In this document: positions 51,728 to 64,000 of the stretch, piece after piece | How the letters are laid out: each line of letters starts with the position of its first letter | How positions within the stretch are numbered: the first letter of the stretch is position 1 | NCBI GenBank assembly: GCA_013239625.1 | Contig: MU053881.1 | Span: 16,298,373-16,362,372, forward strand | Source of the DNA: Lama guanicoe | Taxonomy: Eukaryota | Reading direction: 5' to 3' | Length of the DNA stretch: 64,000 nucleotides | Position numbers and translations under genes: made by a program | The notes under the pieces: generated by a model | What the model was told of the DNA's origin: nothing | Databases searched by the model: none | Seen by the model: only the letters and a program-made list of their open reading frames with translations

Positions 51728-52704
51728 TTTAAATTAACTCTAGTCGAATCTCCTCACCTGCAGAGGTGTGGAGCCTCTCTTTGATAAGAAGGGAGATTAG
51801 CCAGTCTTCTAAGGAGCAGTTAAGAACCTATCCAATCAAGGACCAAGCAGTTAAGGACCTATCCTATCCTGAGATGTGCTCTTTGACATAGTCAAAAAGT
51901 ACCACTTGCAACAACGTGGATGGACCTTGATGGCATTATACTAAGTGAAATAAGTCAGAGGAAGACAAATACTGCATTATCTCATTTATACAGAAAATCT
52001 AAAAAAGCTTAACCCATAGAAACCGAGAGTAGAATGGTGGTTGCCAGGGACCAGAGGGAGGGGGAAATGGGGAGATGTTGGCCAAAGGGTACAAACTTCC
52101 AGCTATAAGGTAAGTCCAAGGATCTAACGTACAGCATGAAGATATTAACAAAACTATATTATATACTTGAAAGTTGCTAAGAGAGTTAAATGTTCTCACC
52201 ACAAAAAAAGAAATGGTAATTATGTGACATGATGGAGCCATGGTAGCTAATGCTATGGTGAGAACCATTCTGCAATATATTAGTGCATCAAACGGACACG
52301 TTACATAACTTAAACTTATACAATGTTATATGTCAGCTATATCTCAATAAAGCTGGGGAGAAAATAATCAAAAATATGACCAGGGAAAGGCTTTCTCACG
52401 ATTCTACCTTATTGAAAATGCTTTGGCAATCTGAGTCCTGCCCACCCGTCTCTCAATGTTAACAAACCACAGACAGGAGGAGTGTATACCTTGGTGTCCA
52501 TGGGCCTGGTTGGAATGCCAGCTCCTCTGCCGCCTTCCTGGAGGACTTAAGCTAGAGGCCTCTCTCCTGGGACGTCAGCTGCGTCATCTGTGAAGTGGGA
52601 GTGAATACCACCAGGGGTGAGCTAGGGCGAGGAGAGAGAGGCAGTCACCTCCGGATTAACACATAAGGAAGCATGGAGTGCCTGAAAACCAAAACGAATG
52701 TCAT

Positions 52705-53305
52705 CTATCCAGAGAAAACTATAATTTGAAAAGACACATGTACCCCAATGTTCACAGCAGCACTATTTACAATAGCCAAGACATGGAAACAATTTAAATA
52801 TTGCTCGACAGGTGATTGGATAAAGAAGATGTGGTATATATACACAATGGAACACTACTCAGCCTCAAAAAGAATAAAATGATGCCATTTGCAGCAACAT
52901 GGATGGACCTGGAGATCATCATTCTAGGTGAAGTAAGCCAGGAAGAGAAAGAAAATTACCATATGATATCGCCTATGTGCGGAATTGAAAAAAAGACATG
53001 AATGAACTTATTTACAAACGAGAAACAGGTTCACAGACATAGAGAATAAACTTATGGTGATTGGGGGTAGATGGGGTGATAAGGGACAAATTGAGATTTC
53101 AGGATTTGCAGATACTAACTACTACATACGAAATAAATAACGGGTTTATACTGTAGAGCACAGGGAACTATATTCAATATCTTGTAGTGACCTATAATGA
53201 GAAAGAATATGAAAACAAATAGATGTATGTACACGTATGCCTGAAACATGCTGCACACCAGAAATTGACACAACATTGTAAACTGACTATACTTCAATAA
53301 AAAAG
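52705..53305 (+). mobile_element. L1 3' fragment (ORF2 end plus 3' UTR)
   Basis: ATGCCATTTGCAGCAACATGGATGGACCTGGAG...TATACTTCAATAAAAAA. Confidence 0.75.
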
Positions 53306-53557
53306 AATGCAAAAATGAATAAATAATTTTTAAAAAAAATTTCAAAAGCAAATTAAGAACAACAACAAAAAAAGGCCAACCTGTTCATGATGAACAAAAT
53401 GTGAACAAAGCATTTGGGAAAAAGCTATGTAAAGTCCCCACTTTATATACGAGCACTCAACGAACGGTTCCATCTAACAATCTGAACTTTTTCATCCCTT
53501 TTTCTTCTCTGCCTCAACTTCCCTTCCCTGCCTTACCCACCCAGCAAAGACTTTGCT

Positions 53558-54535
53558 GTTCAGGGGTCCCCATGAGCACCCTAGATTTGAAGGATGCACT
53601 AGAAGGTCTGGCAGAATTCACAAAAGCTGTGGTTCCTTACAGTGAAAGGACACAGGTTAATAGTGGTTGCCTTTGGGCAAAGAGTTTAGAGGCCTTGATT
53701 GGAAGGGAAATGGACTTACTCATTATGTAAGTTTTTATACAACTAAAGATTGACCATTTTAAATGTTGCATTTTCCGTACTAATTGCCAGTAAATAACAG
53801 AAAGGATGCCGTCCCAGTAGGATGTCCTGGTTGGAGCTCTTTCAGAGCTCCAAAATGCCTCTTCTAAATAAGAGAAAATCAGCTATACTCAAGGTATCTT
53901 TGATGCCCCCTCCCTTTTGTAAATGTTTTATTGCTAAACAGTGAGCTGAAAGGAGACTGTGAATGTAAGAATACTGGTTCCGTGAAAAAGATTAACAAGC
54001 AGGTTCTACTTGAGATTGGGTAGTTATGAGGGCCTTTTTGAGAAAGCCACCAAAAAAAAAAAAATTAAAAGATACAGATTAGAACAGCCAAGGGAAGAGT
54101 TGGTGCATGGGGCAGTATCCAGGAGAAACCTGCGTGAGCTTCCCATTGTCCCCTCCCAGCGGAGTCACATGGACAGCCTTTAATTCTACAGCAGCAAAGT
54201 GCGACAACATGCATGGTGTACTGCCAACAAGGGAGACTCACCTGAACCTTGGTGCCCAGGGTTTTCACTGGGCATTGGTCACAGAGACGTGGCTGACTTC
54301 AGTCTCTAGTCCCTCCAGAGGTCCATCTGATACCACACGGTCCAGGACCCCAACTATAAGGCACATTGTTAGCATAGACTATCTGGCATATCCCAAGGCC
54401 CCCAGGTAAACCAAGACACTTTTATCAGGCAGGGCATTCCAAGGGCTTAGAGGTCACCTCTCAGGAGCAAGGGCCTAAACTTTCATGTTCAGAGTGTGGA
54501 CAACTCAGGCCTGTTGAGTTAGTCCTTTCCTGCAC
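53558..54535. mobile_element. MER21-like LTR split by a ~400-bp retroposed insert
   Basis: Resembles recalled MER21 consensus at 53558-53660 and resumes at 54067 at the duplicated GA(C/T)ACAG(G/A)TTA. Confidence 0.6.
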
Positions 54536-54564
54536 AGACCTGATAAATATTGTGACACTGAGTT

Positions 54565-54995
54565 TGAGAAGGAAAAGCCGGGCTGGGCTAACAAGCTAAG
54601 TCACAAATCTAAGTGTAACAAGTGTTGGATTACTGATCTGTGTTCTGCTGAGCTAACTCGTAAATCTAAGTTAATTAGTGTTGGTTTGCTGATTCCCTGT
54701 TCATGTTTTTTTTGCTAGCCAGCTGGATTTTCAAAGAGACATATCTGGCCTTGAAATGTTGGTTTGCTGCCTCCCTGCCTCTACTTTTGTGATAATGATG
54801 CTGCTAAAGCTGTTCCATGCCTATTGGCCGAATACCCCAAGCTTGTAATTAACCCTATAAAACCTCATGCGCACGTCTTGGAGGTGCTCAGAGCTTCGGA
54901 GCAGAAGCCCCTCTGAGCCCGGCGGCGTAATAAATCTGAGTACTCCAACTCTGCAAGTGGTGCTTGTTTCTTGCTGGCCTGTCAATTCCGTAACA
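54565..54995 (+). mobile_element. solo ERV LTR, apparently young
   Basis: TG...CA, perfect TSD AGTT (54561-54564, 54996-54999), ATTGG 54823-54827, TATAAAA 54856-54862, AATAAA 54929-54934, CpGs retained. Confidence 0.82.
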
Positions 54996-55396
54996 AGTTG
55001 ACTGTCACCATTTTACAGATGAGGAGACTGAGGCTTAGAGTGAGAAATTTCTCACTAGCCTGGAAAGGCAGAGTCTGTAAGTGAGTGCTGGTCTGGTCCG
55101 CTGTTTTCCAAGGGCCCCCAGAGCCAGCCTGGCGATCCAGCCATCTTCCCACAATCCACTGATCCTGCTGGTTCAGACACACCCTGCTGATCTCACCCAG
55201 GCCCCAGCTCTGGGCGCCAGCTTTGGCCCTGGCCTTCTCTTAGCACCTCTTTACCAGTCTCTTGACCTTGAATTTGCACCCCCTAAATCTCCCTTTCTTC
55301 TCTCTTTCCCTGGGACTCCAGTGCATGCCCACATTCCCTTGGTTACCAAGGTTTTGATCTTGATGCTCACGCTGGGCTTGCTTTCTATTCTCTAGC

Positions 55397-55600
55397 CCAG
55401 AGTTTGCCCATCTCAGCAGTGCTAAAATTTGGGACCAGGTCACTCTTTGCAGTGGGGGCCGTGCATTTTTATTATTGAGGAGCATTCTGGCCTTGACCCA
55501 TTGGGTGCCGGGAGCAGCCCCTCCCCCACCAAGTTGTGAAAAAATCTCTCCAGAGATTGTCAGTGTCCCCACGTTGGGGCAGCATCTTGCCTGGCTGGTC
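55397..55600 (-). mobile_element. MER20-like (diverged)
   Basis: Reverse core, ...AAAATCTCTCCAGAGATTGTCAGTGTCCCC. Confidence 0.6.
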
Positions 55601-56722
55601 TAACACGGCCAATTTATTTCAATCTCAGAGCCTTTGCACATGCTATACCTGAACTCTCCATTCTGGTTTTTTTTTTTCCCTTTCCTTTCTTTCTTTCTTT
55701 CTCAATTCTGCGTCCTTTCATGTCATTCACATCTCAGCTGAAATGCCACCTCCTGAGAGGCTCTCCCTGACCATCCTGTTACTCAACGACCTCCCAAGTC
55801 ACTCCCCATACCATCCACCCTATTTTAATTCTCTGCACTGTACTCACCATCGGCTGATGTTTCTTCTTTGCTTGTTTACTGCTTGTCTCTCCTGCGAGAA
55901 TGTGACTTCCATGAGGGTAAAGACCTTGTCCGCCAAGGTCAGTGTGCTTGGCACATAGCAGGTGCTGAGTAAATCATTATCACATCAGCAAGCTCATCCA
56001 CAGTCGTCCATCTTTCTTGACTCCTGTTTGTCACTGCAGACAACTAAGCAAGACTGGATTCCCCAGGAAGGACAGAGGTTTCCCCTGGGGGCTCCAGCCT
56101 CCCTCTGGCTCCTGCTGGTGGTGGATGGGACAATATAGAACATTCTGGGCAAGTAGTTGGGAGAAGGAAGTTTTCTGGGCCGGCGCTGTCCAGAAGGCAA
56201 GCTCCCGGCAATAATCCTAGTAACTTTTGTCTTGGTACTTCACAGGACTCTCCCTGCCAATTCTCCCAGCAACTGGGATAATGAAAGAAATTGTTTGGCC
56301 CTCGGGCCCTGACTTAGCTGGGCACTTAGCCAGACTTGGTGGTTAACCATTGTGTGCCTGGTTAATAGGCTCATCCCAGCCAGATGCCCTTTGTGAAGGG
56401 CAGTCCTCACAACAACCTTGAGAGGCGGACATCATGATCCTCTCCCACCAGGGAAGGGAATGAGGTCCAGAAAGATAAACCCCCAACCTGGGCCACTTGG
56501 CCTCCCTGGGCTTAAGTTTTCTTAACCACCTCCTGGGTGGGTGAGAGGAGGAAATGCATTTACAAAGAGAGTGAAAAGAACCCATGAAATGTTGGCTGTA
56601 GTTAGTTACTGTTTTTCAGGTTTACTCAACCAGTGGCAGAGTCAGGAATCAAAGCTTCCAATGTCATTGTTTCATCAAGTGAAACATTGAATGAATGAAT
56701 GAATGAAATCTAAGTCCCTAGA

Positions 56723-56940
56723 GCAAGTTTTCTAAGCCTTGGTTCTGCTGATACTCGGGGACAGATCACTCTTTGCTGGGGGCCATCCTGTGCACCTTTG
56801 TATGTCCAGCAGCATCCCTGATCTCTACACATCAGATGCCAGTCGTGACAACCAACAACAAAAATGTCTCTGACATGGCCAAGTGTCCCCTGTCGGGGGG
56901 AGTGGAATTTCCACCTCCTCCCCCTGGTTGAGAACCACTG
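56723..56940 (-). mobile_element. MER20-like
   Basis: Ends CCCCTGGTTGAGAACCACTG. Confidence 0.75.
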
Positions 56941-57694
56941 CTCTGCCGTGTTACCATATTCACGTTACCATAATCATGTTTTTATATTTCGAGGTACTCT
57001 GAAGTTTCAGGTGCTAATATACATACTGTCTCCTGTATTCTCAGCCACCTGGGGACTTCAGTTTGCCACCTTGGTTTCCTGATGAAGAAAATAAACTTCA
57101 GGGAAATTCAACAATTTGTCCAAGTTCTCTAGGCAAGGGAGTGACAGATCTAAGAGGCAAACCCCATTTGTTGGCCACATTGGAATCTGTGGGTATTTAA
57201 GAATTCCTGGCAAAAATTTTAAAGCATGATAATGGTATTGTGGTTAGTTTTTTTCCCTCCAACTCTTTAACTTTTAGTGACTCAGAATAAAATATTTACA
57301 GAATGATACGATTTATAAAATGACTGGGATTTGTTTCAAAATAATAATCCCAGATGCACAGAGGGATGGAGTGGAGTGGGGTGGAGTGGGGTGGGGGATG
57401 GTGGTCAGGGCTGAGGCTGGAGGCTCCTTATACCACTCTGCCTACTTTTGTGAGTGTTTAAAATTCTCTGTAGTAAAACTGTAAAATATTCTTCCATCTG
57501 TGTTCTTAGGGAATAGTCGTAATTATCATTATGTGTTGAGAAGGAGCTAAGTTCTAAGCCAAGGGATTTCCAAACCTCCTCTGCCTTCTCCGAAGCCTAA
57601 CGTTATCCTGCTCACCTTACAGAGGAGATGTGGATTAACCCAATTCAATTCTTAGCCTGGAAGGAGGAGCCTGGGGGTACCATGAGTGGGGAAG

Positions 57695-57712
57695 CAGCGC
57701 CCTCTGGAGGCC
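57695..57712 (-). promoter_or_regulatory. CTCF-like motif
   Basis: Minus strand GGCCTCCAGAGGGCGCTG. Confidence 0.5.
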
Positions 57713-57789
57713 ATGGCTGGGTCTGCCGCGTTGAGTGAGCAGAAGGGGCTTGAACCAGGGACGCGGTGGGAGGGGGAGGCAGCAGAGGT

Positions 57790-58098
57790 GCTGGCTGACC
57801 TGGGGCGCAACATTGGAGGGGGGCGCGCCAAAGCAATCCAGCGGTAAAGATAAAAACTAATTTTACACTTTTAATTGTCATAAGACGATAAATAACACTT
57901 TAATGCAATCTTTCAAAAAATCAAAAACAATGCAGAAAAATCCGCAGCAAATTAAATATCACAATTTTAAATACAGTGAGGTGACTATGCAAATACAGGG
58001 TTGGATCCTGTTTTTATTAAGATTTTGATACTTCGCTCATCATGCATTTCTGGCATTGATGTTGATTTTTAAAATATTACTTTAAAAGATTATTTATT
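57790..58098. mobile_element. MER96B-like hAT element with internal inverted repeat
   Basis: 57890-57972 is an imperfect reverse complement of 58013-58098; related copies near 25023-25210 and 19785-19860. Confidence 0.55.
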
Positions 58099-58587
58099 TG
58101 CAAATCAAAACCACAATGAGATACCACCTCACACCCACTGAGACAGCTATCATCAAAAAGCTAGAAAAGAACAAGTGTTAGTGAGCTTGTGGCAAAATTG
58201 GAGGGTGTGGGGAAATTGCTTGGTGGGAGAGTTAAATGCTGTAGTCGAGAATACGTGGAGAACAGTTTGGCAGTTCATTAAAAATTTAAACACAGAATGA
58301 CCATATGATGGGGCAATTCCACTCCTAGGTATAGACCCAAGAGATTGCAACAGGTGTTCAGACAAGTCCTTGTACACGCTTATTCAGAGCAGCACTAGTC
58401 AAAATAGCCAAAAGGTGAAAACAACCCAAATGTCCATCAACGGCTGAATCCATAAACAAAAGATGGCAAATCCATACGCTAGATTATTCAGCCATTGAAA
58501 GGAATGAAGCACTGATACAATACGAATTTGATGAATTTTAGGAGCATTATGCTGAGTGAAAGAAGCCCAATATTAAAACATCACATA

Positions 58588-58760
58588 TGGGGGGCGGGTA
58601 TAGCTCAAATGGTAGAGCACGTGCTTAACATGCACGAGATCCTGGGTTCAATCCCCACTATCTCCTCCAAAAATAAATAAATCTAATTACCTCCCTGAGC
58701 CAAAATAAACTAAGTAATAGAATAATAAATAAAAATATTTTAAAATATATATAAAAAAGA
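58588..58760 (+). mobile_element. tRNA-derived SINE (Vic-1-like) inside an old L1 3' fragment
   Basis: GGGGGCGGGTATAGCTCAAATGGTAGAGCAC...GGTTCAATCCCC. Confidence 0.8.
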
Positions 58761-61700
58761 AAATGTCCCCCCAAATTTTTTTAAAAAGGTCATATACAGT
58801 ACAATTCAGTTTATATAAAATGTCCAGAACAGACAAATCCATACAGACAGAAAGCACACTGGTGTTGCCAGGGGCTGGGATGAGGGGATGGGGAGTGACT
58901 GCTCATGGAGATGGGTTTCCCTTCAAGGGTGATGGAAATGTTCTGCAACTAAACAGAGGTGCTGGTTGTACAACATTGTGAATGTACTAAATGGCACTGC
59001 ATTGTACACTTTAAGATGATTGATTTTATGTTATATGAATTTTACCTACATTTAAAAAAATAGATTTAAATAGGAAAAAAATTTATCTTAATCACTAGCT
59101 TTTGTTTTGTTTTGTTTTCTTTTGGGGACACATTCTGAACCCTCCAAGTGTTGCCTGGAGGTGAATGTCTCTCCCCAGCCCTGGCCCTGCTCCCCTCTCC
59201 CTCTGGGTGTGGCCACCATGATCATTTCCAGTTTACAGACTGGGAAGTTGAGGTCACACAGCTAGTATCAGTGGGAGTAGTAAGTCAGCCCTCTTCATTC
59301 GTGGCTGCACATCTGCAGATTCAACCAACAATGAAATGGCAAAGAATTCAAAATTCGTCGCCATTTTACAGAAGGGACTTGAGCATCTGTGGCTGTTTAT
59401 ATCGGTGGTGGTCCTGGAACCCATCCCCTGCGGATATCGAGGGATGGTTGTATTTGAGGTCCACTATCATCTGTATTTTTAATTAATCATTTTATGTGGT
59501 CTGTAACCCACCAACCCTTCCTGATAGTCACATTTAGCTGCCTGTGTCCGGGACTGGTCTGCGCCCCAGCCTGGAAGTCTAGCACTTAGCCCTGGACCCA
59601 GCCTAGCGGGGTCCAGAATGACTGCCCAATGGAAATCAGCAGGTGGCCTTATTTTTTTCCTCAGTGATTTGTAAGCTTTGGGGAGTCACAGACCACACAT
59701 CAATAAAAGCTTTGGTACCTGTTCTATAAAATGACAGGGACACACAATTTTGGCTACAGTCTCAGGGATTCAATTCAAGAGGGACCAATGAAGATCAGGT
59801 TAAGCTCAAAGTCAGACATAGAAAACAAATGTATGGTTACCAAAGGGGAAAGAGGGGGTGAGGGATAAATTAGGAGTTTGCGATTAATATATACACACTA
59901 CTATATATAAAATAGATAAACAACACAGTCCTAATGTATACCACAGGGAACTATATTCAGTATCTTATAATAACCTATAATGGGAAAGAATCTGAAAAAG
60001 AATGTGTATATGTATATGTATAACTGAATCACCTTGCTGTACACCTGAAACTAACACATTGTAAATCAACTATACTTCAATTTTAAAAAAGCTCAAAATC
60101 AGACAAATACTCTGAGACTCAACCATTCTTAAACCACCAGCATAATTGCTACTAAAGAGACAGACACCCACATGCAAAAAAGACACTTATCAGGCACATA
60201 TAACAGCTGTCACTTCCTGATTGCTTGCCTGATGACAGATAACCTAGAGCTGTCACTCTTACTAACTTATTCAATACTCAGGTGCTAGGTTTTATCTCCA
60301 TTTTCAGCTGGAGAAATGGAGACAAGGAAGGCAAAATAACTTGCCCAGATTGAGTGTGATGGTTTAAAAAAAAACATCAACCTATAGAAAAGCTCACATG
60401 GTGAGGAACTGATGCCTCCAGCAAACAGCCATGTGAGGGAGCCAGTTTGGAGATGGAGTCTCCAGTCCCAGCTAATTCCACGACTGCAGTCACGGCTGTC
60501 ATCCAACTGCAACCTCATAAGATACCCCAAGCCTAAACCACCCATCCAGGCTCTCCAATTTCTGCTCTCCAAACTGTAAGATAACATTTGTTGTTTTAAA
60601 CTGTTGTTTTTGGGGGGAGACATTTGTTACACAGCAATGAATAACTAATACAACAAACTAGGAAGTGGCAGAGATGGGATTTGAACCCAGGTCATCTGGT
60701 TCCATAGCCCAACATGCATCATAATATAGAAAACGAGAAACAGTGTGGACGTCCATCAATAGGAGATTGGGTAAATAAATTATGGGCTATTTATTTGGTC
60801 ATTAGAATTCTATACTGATTTCTAAGCAACTCCTTACAAACAACAGCAATATTTTATATATTTTTACATACCTATCAATAATTTATTTTTTTATTGCAGT
60901 TTAGTTGATTTACAATGTTGTGTTAATTTCTGATGTGCACCGTAATGATTCATTTATACACATATATATAGTCCTTTCCATATTCTTTTTCATTATAGGC
61001 TATTAGAAGGTATAGTTCTCGGTGCTATACAGTAGGGCCTTGTTGTTTATTTTGTACATAATTGTTAGGGTCTGCAAATCCTGAACTCCTCATTTGTTCC
61101 TCCCCACCTCCCCCAATATTCTTCAAATAATAAAATCTCTGAAAAAAATGTTTTAAAAAGAATTCTATGCTGCCATGAAAATGAACGAACTAGATCTTCA
61201 GGGCTTTGCCATGAGAAAGTGTTCGTGTTATATGGTTATGTGACAAAATCAAGGTGCCCAAGGGAGCCTGTGGCATGATTCTATTTTGGTCAAAACAGAC
61301 AAAAGCTTTTTCCCCCCACGTGTGTTTACATCTTCATAATAAAAAGACAGTTATAGTGGTTACCTCTAGGAAGGCAGTTTATGGGTGAGAGAAAGCAAGT
61401 CTCTGTCTCTCTCTTTTTTACTTTATATACTTCTCCAGAGTCTGCATTCTTAGCAGTCAGACTGTATTACTTTGATAAAAAAAAAATGTGAAAGCTGCAC
61501 AAACAGAAGTCGTTGCCTCTATAGGGTCTGGAAGAGACGGGCATCCCTCCGGGAAAGAGTCTAGAATGCTGGCTGGGGGAAAGTGCCCATCTCTACATCC
61601 AGACAGAACGATCCTTGTCATTCACTCATTCAGTGGCACGAGCACCTTGCTGGTGCCTTAGCAGGAATCCAGACAGCAGCACCGAATGCACTAGGAATCA

Positions 61701-62289
61701 CAGAGTCCACCGTTCACAGCAGCACATGCACAGAGAAAGAAAAAAGAGGCGGGGAAAAAAGCCAATGTCATTTGATATTATTGCTGAAGTTTGGTGAAAC
61801 AGTAAAAATATATATATATATTAATTTTTTTTAATTTTCAACCCTTGAGCATGTGTTTTTCCCCTTCATTCACTTTCTCACGTTGTTCTATAATTCACAC
61901 GCTGTAATAGTGAGTCGGGGCCCCCCCCCCCGCTGATTTTGGCGCGTGCGCAGATTCCTGTGACCGCCGCTGCAGTCAGGATGCTGCGGAACAGCATTAT
62001 CAGCCCCAAAAACTCCCTTACGCTGTCTCTTTGTTCTCACATCCCTCCCCAGCCCTTGGCAACCACTGCTGCGTTCTCTGTCAAGATAGGTTTTTCTTTT
62101 GGATAATGTCACATGGATGGAATCATACGGCATGTGCAGTTCCGAGACAGACTTCTTTCACTCAGAATAACGCCTTTCAGATTCATCCGCATTGTCACGC
62201 ATATCAAAAGTGCTCTCCTTTTCGTCGCTGAGCAGGATTCCATTGTACGCAGGTATCAGTCTCTGTCTACTCCGGATATTTGGGTGATG

Positions 62290-62775
62290 GATTAGTGTCC
62301 TGGGGCCGCCAAACGGAGTACTACGAACTGGGGGGACGGGGGGGCGGGCTTAGAACAACACAGATTTATTCTGTCAAGTTTCTGGAGGACAGAAGTCCAA
62401 AGTTATGGTGTCATCAGGGCCATACTTCCTCCCAAGGCTCTAGGGGAGGCTCCTTCCTTGCCTCTTCCAGCATCTGGTGCTGGTTGTCAGTCTTTGATGG
62501 TCCTTGGCTTGTAGGTGCATCGCTGGGGTCTCTGCCTCCGTTGTCACATGACCTTTTCCTCTTTATGTCTGAGTTCAACTTATCCTCTTCCTGTAAGGAC
62601 ATCAGTCTTAGTGGATTAGGGCCCAGCCTGGCGGCCTCATCTTACCTTGATGACAACTACAAAGACCCTATCCCCAGATAAGGTCACATTCATAGATACT
62701 GAAGGTTAGGGCTTCAACATATCTTTAGGAGGTCAGTGTATCTTTTAGGGGGACATAGTTTACCCCATAATAGGT
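62290..62775 (-). mobile_element. MLT1-like MaLR LTR
   Basis: CAGTTCTGGAGG-type reverse motif, ATAAGGTCACATTC. Confidence 0.65.
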
Positions 62776-63277
62776 GAGTCCATGTTCTTTCAATATTTTG
62801 TGTGACAGAATAGGAAGTAGACATCGATCCCTCCTACTGAGCATTAAGTTCAATGGTCATCTCTAAAAAAATTTTGGAGTCCAGCTGGCATCTTTTTTCA
62901 GGGAACACCATTTTTATTTGAAGCCTCTAACCAGCTATGATTCATATTTAGCTGTTTGGCAGACATTTTCTCCAAAATGAACAAAAGGGAAACAACTGTC
63001 AGTTCTGTTGCCAATGATAAGATTCAAGCTTTCAAGGGAAAAATCAAAACTAGGGGGAAACCGTATCTGTTACAGTGAGCTTGACCACTTTCTGACACTT
63101 TTTAAAGGCTTTTCTGATGAGACAGATGGGTTGCGATATTAACAAGTGTAGCTTTCTGACATTGAATGATGGAATATGACAAGTTCTCCATGACTCAGGG
63201 AACCACTACTTTCCAAATGACCAATGTTACAATCATCATGGGGGGATCCATTCAGAGTGCAAGACAGACTTACAGAT

Positions 63278-63406
63278 CTTTTAAAGTTTTTGGGGGGGAG
63301 GGGTAGGTAATTAGGTTTATTTATCTATTTAAAGGAGGTACTGCACACCTCCCAGTACCCAGCACCTTGTGCATGCTAGGCATGCGCTCTGCCACTGAGC
63401 TCCCCG
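63278..63406 (-). mobile_element. tRNA-derived SINE (Vic-1-like), degenerate
   Basis: Reverse copy; flanking CAAGACAGAC...AGAT repeats. Confidence 0.7.
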
Positions 63407-64000
63407 GTCAAGACAGACCAATAGATTTTAAGTGGGAGCTACCAAAAAGATACATTCATGCCCTAACCACAGGAACCTGGGAATGTGACCTCAGTTGGCA
63501 AAAGAGTCTTTGCAGATGTAACTAAATGAAGATCATCCTGGATTACCCAGATGGGCCCTAAATCCAATGACAAGTGTCTGTATGAGAGACAGAAGAGGAA
63601 AAGACATGGACACAGAGGAGAAGGCTACCTGATGATAGAGGCAGGTTTTGGAGTGATGCAGACCCAGCTGAGGAGTGCCTGCAGCCACCGGAAGCTGAAA
63701 GAAGCAAAGAGGGATTTTTCCCCTTAACGGTGATGGTACATCTGAACGCCTGGGGTTGAGGGAGATTGTGGTGTGTCCTAGGAACCGAATTTGGTTAGGC
63801 TCAATATTATACATAAGATGTAACAGATTTCGATAAAAGCTATAAAAAATAACAAAATGGGCCCATGATCTAGCAAACTTTTTCTATAACGTGTAGTTAA
63901 CTTTTTCTACCCGGTGGGGGTTTCAGTATCTATAATCAAGGCAAAAAACCCCAGAACTGTCCACAACATACCTTACAGGTGGGAAAAGACCTTGATTACT

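Noticed and set aside
1..64000. CRISPR arrays, operons or prokaryotic defence systems
   Set aside because: The sequence is a spliced mammalian locus with no regularly spaced repeat-spacer array.

Overview
Mammalian genomic DNA, not prokaryotic. It is probably from a camelid, inferred from repeated short tRNA-derived SINEs resembling Vic-1. The window is dominated by one minus-strand gene, NWD1 (NACHT and WD repeat domain-containing protein 1, a STAND-class NTPase). I traced 17 coding exons by hand from a candidate ATG at 50937 down to the window edge at 1. All have GT-AG boundaries and mutually compatible phases, giving 4305 nt (1435 codons); the 3' end lies outside the window. The architecture is an N-terminal DUF4062-like region, a NACHT domain (Walker A GPPGIGKT) and WD40 repeats. 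The most notable observation concerns the N-terminus. Here the frame runs through an upstream exon and yields the motif 'VAIFISSTVSDMDAEREAL'. The human NWD1 N-terminus as I recall it (MQRGKPCRALPTLKC) corresponds instead to the +1 frame of the second exon, which suggests the human protein is a frameshift-truncated form. The introns and upstream region are repeat-dense. They hold five solo ERV LTRs with 4-bp TSDs, about 10 MER20-like copies (two in a duplicated MER20-GATA-MER20 cassette), two poly(A)-tailed retroposed non-TE fragments, many L1 3' fragments, a near-perfect intronic RFX X-box and two CTCF-like motifs. Repeat family names come from recalled consensus sequences and need RepeatMasker/Dfam confirmation.
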